A DNA stretch of 64,000 bases, taken from IMG/VR virus record IMGVR_UViG_3300025087_000039, positions 1-64,000 of that record. One strand, 5' to 3'. The notes beneath the pieces were generated by a model. The model did not search any database, was not told where the DNA came from, and worked only from the letters and a program-made list of their open reading frames with translations. Shown in pieces: positions 58,328-64,000 of the stretch. Source of the stretch: an uncultured virus (IMG/VR IMGVR_UViG_3300025087_000039). Lineage: Duplodnaviria > Heunggongvirae > Uroviricota > Caudoviricetes. A program made the position numbers and the translations under genes. Each line of letters opens with the position of its first letter. Within the stretch, counting starts at the first letter, position 1.

Positions 58328-59692
58328 ATGAGAAATATAACAACCTTATCTGATTCCTATAAAATGGGACATTATGGAATGTATCCAGATGGAATTACAA
58401 ATGTTTATTCATATTTTGAGTCTAGAAGTGGCGCAAAATTCAATGCAACAGTTTTCTTTGGACTTCAATATTTAATTAAGAAAAATTTGTTGGGTCAGGT
58501 CGTGACAAAAGAAAAAATTAAGATGGGAAAAGAATTGATCGATCAACATTTGGGCCCAGGTATTTTTAATGAAAAAGGTTGGAATTATATATTGAATAAT
58601 TTTGATGGAAAATTGCCCGTAAGAATTAAGGCAGTTCCTGAAGGAATGGCAATTCCAACAAATAATGTTATAATGACAGTTGAAAATACCGATCCAAATT
58701 GTTTTTGGTTGACAAATCATTTAGAAACTTTATTGACTCATGTTTGGAGTTCAAGTACATGCGCGACTCTTTCTAGAGAAATTAAAATTCTTTTTAAATA
58801 TTATTTAGATCTTACAGCGTCTTCCAATTTTCAAGGAATTGATTTCATGCTTCATGATTTTGGTTATCGTGGAGTTAGCTCAGTCGAAAGTGCGGGAATT
58901 GAAGGGGCTGGTCATCTTGTAAATTTTAAAGGCACAGATACAATTAGAGGCATCGAAACAGCGATCAAATATTATCATTCTGATGTTTGTGGATATTCAG
59001 TCCCCGCTACCGAACATAGTATTATGACAAGCCGTGGTCAAGAAGGTGAAAAAGAATTGTTAAAAGATCTTTGTAAAAAGTATAATTCTGGAATTTTAAG
59101 TATTGTCATTGATAGCTATGATTTTGAGAATTTTATTTCTGAGGTTTCAAAATCTTGTAAAGAAGAAATTTTAAATAGAAATGGAAAAACTGTATTTCGT
59201 CCTGATAGCGGTGAGCCAGTATCTACGACAATTTTAGTTCTTGAACTTTTGAAATCTATTTTTGGATGTCAAGTTAATGATAAAGGCTATAAAGTTTTAA
59301 ATGAAAAAATTGGTGTTTTGTGGGGAGATGGCATTGATTATCTTGGAATAAGAAATATTCTTCATGCGATGAAAGCAGCCGCTTGGAGTGCTGAGAATAT
59401 TGTATTTGGAATGGGTGGTGGTCTTTTACAAAAAATAAATAGAGACGATCAAAGGTTTGCTTTTAAATGTTCAGCACAATGTGTAAATGGAGAATGGAGA
59501 GAAATTTTTAAGAAGCCAAAGGATATAAGCAAAATGTCTAAGAAAGGTAGATTTTCTTTAAATAAAGAAGGAGAAAATTATATTACTGTAAAGGAAGGAA
59601 CCGGCGTAGATATTTTAGAAACAGTTTTTGAAAATGGAGAATTGTTGATAGATCGAACTTTTGAAGAAATTAGAAGAAACGCAGCTATTTAA
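58328..59692 (+). CDS. nadV: Nicotinamide phosphoribosyltransferase (NAMPT)
   Basis: SDSYKMGH, LHDFGYRG, FKGTDT, SVPATEHS, IDSYD, RPDSGEP, GDGID, FGMGGGLLQ. Confidence 0.93.
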   Translation: MRNITTLSDSYKMGHYGMYPDGITNVYSYFESRSGAKFNATVFFGLQYLIKKNLLGQVVTKEKIKMGKELIDQHLGPGIFNEKGWNYILNNFDGKLPVRIKAVPEGMAIPTNNVIMTVENTDPNCFWLTNHLETLLTHVWSSSTCATLSREIKILFKYYLDLTASSNFQGIDFMLHDFGYRGVSSVESAGIEGAGHLVNFKGTDTIRGIETAIKYYHSDVCGYSVPATEHSIMTSRGQEGEKELLKDLCKKYNSGILSIVIDSYDFENFISEVSKSCKEEILNRNGKTVFRPDSGEPVSTTILVLELLKSIFGCQVNDKGYKVLNEKIGVLWGDGIDYLGIRNILHAMKAAAWSAENIVFGMGGGLLQKINRDDQRFAFKCSAQCVNGEWREIFKKPKDISKMSKKGRFSLNKEGENYITVKEGTGVDILETVFENGELLIDRTFEEIRRNAAI

Positions 59693-59704
59693 GGAGGATT
59701 AAAA

Positions 59705-59959
59705 ATGGATTATAATATCATAGTCGAGATAGCAAAAGTTGGAAATTATACCGATAAACAAATTGAAGGGCTTTTGACAGGTATATGTGATGATTTACAT
59801 TCGAATGATTGTCGTAGTTGTCCCATGGTTGAAATGGAATTAGTTAAAATCGATGAGAATTATAAATTTTCTTCTGATCTTTTCAAAGATGAAAAAGGAA
59901 ATTGTCCTTTTCATAAATTTGGAAGAAGAATGCTTGAAGCAATTAGATATCACGGATAA
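59705..59959 (+). CDS. Small Cys-containing hypothetical protein
   Basis: SD AAGGAGG; CRSCP...CPF. Confidence 0.65.
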   Translation: MDYNIIVEIAKVGNYTDKQIEGLLTGICDDLHSNDCRSCPMVEMELVKIDENYKFSSDLFKDEKGNCPFHKFGRRMLEAIRYHG

Positions 59960-60048
59960 TAGACTACAAGAAAATATTAAAGAAAAATGGGTTGGGGCAT
60001 GGTTTATCCCGATCCATTTTTTTGCACTTTTTCTTTAAACTTTTTTAA

Positions 60049-60056
60049 AGAACAAA
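60049..60056 (+). promoter_or_regulatory. AGAACAAA motif heading the RNAP operon
   Basis: Intergenic, ~50 bp before ORF 60104. Confidence 0.55.
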
Positions 60057-60103
60057 TATTAAAATGGGGTTGAAACATTCATATTTTGGAGGATTAAATA
60101 ATT

Positions 60104-60532
60104 ATGAAGGAAAAGGAAAGCATCACAGAATTGATCAAAAAGATTCATGACATTTTACAACCTGATAGTTATAAGGAGTTTCTTGAAAATATGATGGATC
60201 CATCTTATGTTAAAAATATGTATGAAAAAAATCCTAAATGTTTTATTAAGATTCAACATGGGGAAGGAGAGGAAGGTCCAGTTTTTCCAATCTGTAATGT
60301 TCAAGGAATTCATGATCCAAAGGTTATTTCATTCTCTTTAAAATTAGCGATCGCAATAAGCAAGCTACATAAATTTTCTCCAGTTGAGGTTGCAAAAGTT
60401 ATCGCTTATCTTGTAAGAAAATATAATGTTTATAATCAAGAGATTCCTAAGCCTCAAGATATGGCATATTTAAAAGGTAGAGAAACCATGTCCTTAAATA
60501 AGATTCGTGAAGAGATGAAGGAAATAAAATAA
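60104..60532 (+). CDS. Hypothetical protein
   Basis: SD GGAGG; 142 aa. Confidence 0.7.
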   Translation: MKEKESITELIKKIHDILQPDSYKEFLENMMDPSYVKNMYEKNPKCFIKIQHGEGEEGPVFPICNVQGIHDPKVISFSLKLAIAISKLHKFSPVEVAKVIAYLVRKYNVYNQEIPKPQDMAYLKGRETMSLNKIREEMKEIK

Positions 60533-60533
60533 T

Positions 60534-62879
60534 ATGGCCAATCTTAATTTTTTAAATGTTGAAGAATTTTGTAGAAAACTGACTCCAGTTTTATCTACAG
60601 AATTTTTTTCGAGAAGTGGTGGGTTTAATCAAGAAGGGTTATTTTCTGAAGATATTTTTGGACCTGAAGGATCTTTTGAAAGAAGGCAAAAGTTTTCTTA
60701 TATAGATCTTGGAGCTTATGTTTTACATCCAACCGCGTATAAAATTTTAAAACAAATACATAGAAAATTTGAGAAATATATATCTACAGAAGAAAAATAT
60801 ATTATAACCGATGGAAAAATAGAAACAGCAGAAGAAGGGAGAACTGGATTACAAAATTTTATGGAAGATTTTGATAAAATTGAATTTAGAGGGGAAACAC
60901 GTACAAGAGAAAAATTAATCTTTTTATTAAAAGAATCTAATAAAAAGGGACTTTTATTTATTAGAAAACTTCCAGTTATTCCCCCTGATTTAAGACCTAT
61001 CTTCAAAGATGAATCAAATCAATGGATTCATGATAGTTTAAATGATATTTATTTATCAGTTATGTATAGAGCCTCACAAATAAAATCTGTTGGCTCAAAA
61101 GGTGAACTTTTTGATTTATTAAATTTTAGTCTTCAAACTTCGGTAAATTCTCATGATGATTTTATACGCACAAGAGTTCAAAAAAAGGATGGAATTATTA
61201 GAAATCAATTATTGGGAAAACGTGTCGATTTTTCTGGGCGAGCGGTTATCACCCCTGGACCAGATTTAAAAGTAAGTGAGGTTGGACTTCCATTTAAAAT
61301 GGCTGTAAAACTATTAGAGCCATTTATAATTCATATTCTTTTACATACAAATCTTATAGATAAAAATCTTTTATCAAGAGAAATAAAAAAATATACAAAA
61401 AGTGAATTAAATGTTGATACAATTCTTCAGGTTATAAAATCTATAAAAATAGGTGATGAAGTTCCTAAAGAATTGTATGATATATTTTTTCAAGCCACGG
61501 AGATCGCCTCAAAAGATAGAGTTGTTTTATTAAAGCGAGATCCAGTTCTTCATGATCAAGGTTATGGGGCGTTTTATATAAAAATTCATCATGGAAATAC
61601 CATGCAATTATGTGCTTTAAGAGTCGGTGGGTTTAACGCCGACTTTGATGGAGATGCAATGGGTGTTTTTCTTCCTTTGAGTAAAGAGGCTCAGGAAGAA
61701 GCAAAAATGAAAATGATGAGGCTAACAGCCGGTTCATCAACAAATAGTATGACCTTTGAATTATCAAAAGAAATGGCTCTTGGACTTTATAGTTTAACAA
61801 AAGATGTAAAAGTAAATAAATCCCCAGTTTCGGTTTCAAAGGAATTATTAGAAAAAGGAACAAATCCATATTTACCTGTAATATTTAAAAAAAGACAAAC
61901 CACTCTTGGAAGAGCAATTTTTAATTATTGTTTTCCAGAAGATTTTAGATTTGTCGATGGACAAATAAACAAGAAAATTGTCAACAATTTAATTCAAGAA
62001 ATATATCAAAAATACGGAAAAGAAATAACTCTAAATACATTTTTAAAGGTTGAAAATATAGGATTTAAATGGGCTACGATTTTTGGAGATAGCCTTCCCC
62101 TAGATGAATTAACAATTCCTGATTCTATAATTCAATTAAAGAAAAAAATGAGTGGGGCCACTATAGAAGAGGCTTCAGACCTTTTAGAAAAAATGAAAAA
62201 AATATTAATCGAACATTTAAAAGATACTGGATTATATGAAATAATTGAATCTGGTGCTGGAAAAGGATGGGATTCTCCTATGCAAATTTTAGTGGCAAAG
62301 GGTATCATCGCTGATCCAAAAGGAAACGTTTTGCCCCCAATTGAAAGTTCTTTTTCTGAAGGGTTAACAAATAAACAATATTTTGAAGCATCCTCTGGAT
62401 CAAGACATGGCATCATTTCACGGGTTATATCGACTAGTCAAACTGGCTATTTTGCAAGAAAATTAGTTTATCTTTTAAACTCTGTTGAAGCTGATCCTAT
62501 ATTAAAGGATTGCAAAACAAAAAGAACTTTAAATATTAGACTTACCAAAGAAATGGTCTCTAGATTTATGGGCCGTTATATTTTAAAGAATGATAAAATT
62601 ATAAAATTTGAAGAATCTGGTTTGAAAGAAGGCGATATAGCAAATATCAGAACACCGATTTTTTGCGAATCTTTAAAAATTTGTCATACATGTTATGGAG
62701 ATTTATTGAAGGTTAACAAAACCCCGTACATTGGAATTTTTACTGCTTTAAAATTGGGACAAATGAGTACTCAAAATATTATGAGAGTTTTTCATACTGG
62801 AGGCAAAGTAACAATCGCAAAAAGAAATATGCTTAAAGATATTCTTGAAAACAACCCGTCTGACGATTTGGAACTTTAA
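60534..62879 (+). CDS. rpoC: Multi-subunit RNA polymerase beta' subunit, N-terminal part with catalytic site
   Basis: GLFSEDIFGP, LPVIPPDLRP, LLGKRVDFSGRAVI, RDPVLH, FNADFDGD, bridge helix TSQTGYFARKL, C-terminal Zn site, trigger helix STQNIMRVFHTGG. Confidence 0.93.
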   Translation: MANLNFLNVEEFCRKLTPVLSTEFFSRSGGFNQEGLFSEDIFGPEGSFERRQKFSYIDLGAYVLHPTAYKILKQIHRKFEKYISTEEKYIITDGKIETAEEGRTGLQNFMEDFDKIEFRGETRTREKLIFLLKESNKKGLLFIRKLPVIPPDLRPIFKDESNQWIHDSLNDIYLSVMYRASQIKSVGSKGELFDLLNFSLQTSVNSHDDFIRTRVQKKDGIIRNQLLGKRVDFSGRAVITPGPDLKVSEVGLPFKMAVKLLEPFIIHILLHTNLIDKNLLSREIKKYTKSELNVDTILQVIKSIKIGDEVPKELYDIFFQATEIASKDRVVLLKRDPVLHDQGYGAFYIKIHHGNTMQLCALRVGGFNADFDGDAMGVFLPLSKEAQEEAKMKMMRLTAGSSTNSMTFELSKEMALGLYSLTKDVKVNKSPVSVSKELLEKGTNPYLPVIFKKRQTTLGRAIFNYCFPEDFRFVDGQINKKIVNNLIQEIYQKYGKEITLNTFLKVENIGFKWATIFGDSLPLDELTIPDSIIQLKKKMSGATIEEASDLLEKMKKILIEHLKDTGLYEIIESGAGKGWDSPMQILVAKGIIADPKGNVLPPIESSFSEGLTNKQYFEASSGSRHGIISRVISTSQTGYFARKLVYLLNSVEADPILKDCKTKRTLNIRLTKEMVSRFMGRYILKNDKIIKFEESGLKEGDIANIRTPIFCESLKICHTCYGDLLKVNKTPYIGIFTALKLGQMSTQNIMRVFHTGGKVTIAKRNMLKDILENNPSDDLEL

Positions 62880-63214
62880 TGGATAGATTTGAAGTAAAAA
62901 AATATTTTTTAGAAAAGAATATTAAAAATCCTGGGTCTTTTAGACAAACTATTAAAAAGTATGATAGAAAAATATATGATTTCATCATTAGTGAAACTAA
63001 GTATCTAAAAAAAGATAATTTTAGTGAAAGAATATATCATATTTTAAATGATTTATATGAAATACCTAAATGTGAATGCGGAAACATATTAAAATATATT
63101 AATTCTTCATTGACATACAGAAAATTTTGTGGAGTTAAATGTTTTTTTAAAAATGAAGAAATGAAAAGAAAATTAAAAATTACACTATTTATATTAAAAA
63201 CGAGGAGATCATAA
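62879..63214 (+). CDS. Homing-endonuclease-type Zn-finger domain protein (no nuclease domain) between the beta' halves
   Basis: SERIYHILND.YEIPKCECGN.LKY...YRKFCGVKC. Confidence 0.6.
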   Translation: MDRFEVKKYFLEKNIKNPGSFRQTIKKYDRKIYDFIISETKYLKKDNFSERIYHILNDLYEIPKCECGNILKYINSSLTYRKFCGVKCFFKNEEMKRKLKITLFILKTRRS

Positions 63215-63877
63215 ATGTATAAAATCTCTGATTATTTAACTCAGGAAAATAATTTTTTAATAGCAAAAAAAGATTGTTCTTTAATATTAAATTTAGATGA
63301 CTACGAAATTGACAATAATATACAATTTTTAGAAAATCAAATTTGGCTAGGATCTTTAATCAGTCGTATTCAATTTAGTGACAAAAATAAATTTGATTTA
63401 ATTCTCGACTACTCAGTTGAAATAAATGGTTCCAATATGGAAAAAACTGAGAATTTAATTATATTGACATTTTCTGAGGGTGAAATTATTTTATCAACTA
63501 GTTATGGGACTGATAACATAAAAGAACAGGTCCAATATGTAGAGAGACTTTTAGGCGGAAAAGAGATTTATAAAGACGTGTCTCATCTTTATAATAAACT
63601 TTTTAAAATATTTGAATCTTCTGGCTCGGATTCAGTTCATATTGAAACTTTAATTTCTCAAGTTTTACGTGATCAAGCAAATACAGCTTTTCCCGCTAGA
63701 ATGGGAAAAACTTGGAATCCAATTATGATGAATATAAAAGAATTAGTTTTTCAAACAGGATTCTTACAGTCCTTAGCTTTTGAAAATGTGAATAAAGCTA
63801 TTGTCACCGGGTTAATAACTGAGGAACAATTAGAAGCGTCTCCTCTTGAAAAAATTCTGACTGGAGAATTGAAATAA
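63215..63877 (+). CDS. RNA polymerase beta' subunit, C-terminal part
   Basis: VHIETLISQVLR, TGFLQSLAFEN, LEKILTG correspond to beta' KHIEVIVRQM, SFLSAASFQE, LKENVI.G. Confidence 0.8.
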   Translation: MYKISDYLTQENNFLIAKKDCSLILNLDDYEIDNNIQFLENQIWLGSLISRIQFSDKNKFDLILDYSVEINGSNMEKTENLIILTFSEGEIILSTSYGTDNIKEQVQYVERLLGGKEIYKDVSHLYNKLFKIFESSGSDSVHIETLISQVLRDQANTAFPARMGKTWNPIMMNIKELVFQTGFLQSLAFENVNKAIVTGLITEEQLEASPLEKILTGELK

Positions 63878-64000
63878 TGCTTTGGATAGATAAGTTTAGA
63901 CAATATACACAAACTACCGATGTGGTTCGTTATAAAAGGAGCAAAATTAAACCTTATCTTATTGTGTATTTTCCTGAAAACTCCATGTTAATAGATGATT
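63877..64000 (+). CDS. 5' end of next gene (truncated by window)
   Basis: TAATG coupling; open to window end. Confidence 0.5.
   Translation, partial: MLWIDKFRQYTQTTDVVRYKRSKIKPYLIVYFPENSMLIDD

Noticed and set aside
62879..63214. Group I intron in the beta' gene
   Set aside because: The insert is wholly ORF with coupled start/stop junctions and no visible P/Q/R/S core
1..64000. Alternative genetic code (stop-codon reassignment)
   Set aside because: Conserved genes are full length under code 11, and TAA, TAG and TGA all end coupled genes

Overview
AT-rich fragment of a very large (jumbo/huge) tailed-phage genome. It carries T4-like replication and virion genes (clamp loader, primase, RNase H/flap nuclease, RecA/UvsX, RuvC, neck, baseplate wedge, gp5-like spike, PAAR-like tip, amidase). 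It also carries a multi-subunit RNA polymerase beta' gene split into two ORFs, an intein-containing class II ribonucleotide reductase and an NAD+ salvage pair (NadM-Nudix plus NAMPT). Bases ~1.1-31.7 kb code mostly on the minus strand: a QueC-like/deacetylase/glycosyltransferase module, an HNH endonuclease, a ~13 kb glycosylation cluster, and a Rep-like gene beside a candidate origin. Plus-strand islands interrupt this block. Two of them start at a conserved 21-bp motif (CTATATATATTAATAWWYGAG), which recurs at 53651, and they end in strong hairpins. Two islands contain GC-rich genes (ribosomal protein S1, a membrane protein), each followed by ~550 nt of chained GC-rich hairpins that look like undescribed structured RNAs. 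A second motif (AGAACAAA) precedes many operons. All calls come from motif recognition by eye; no database searches or folding programs were run.
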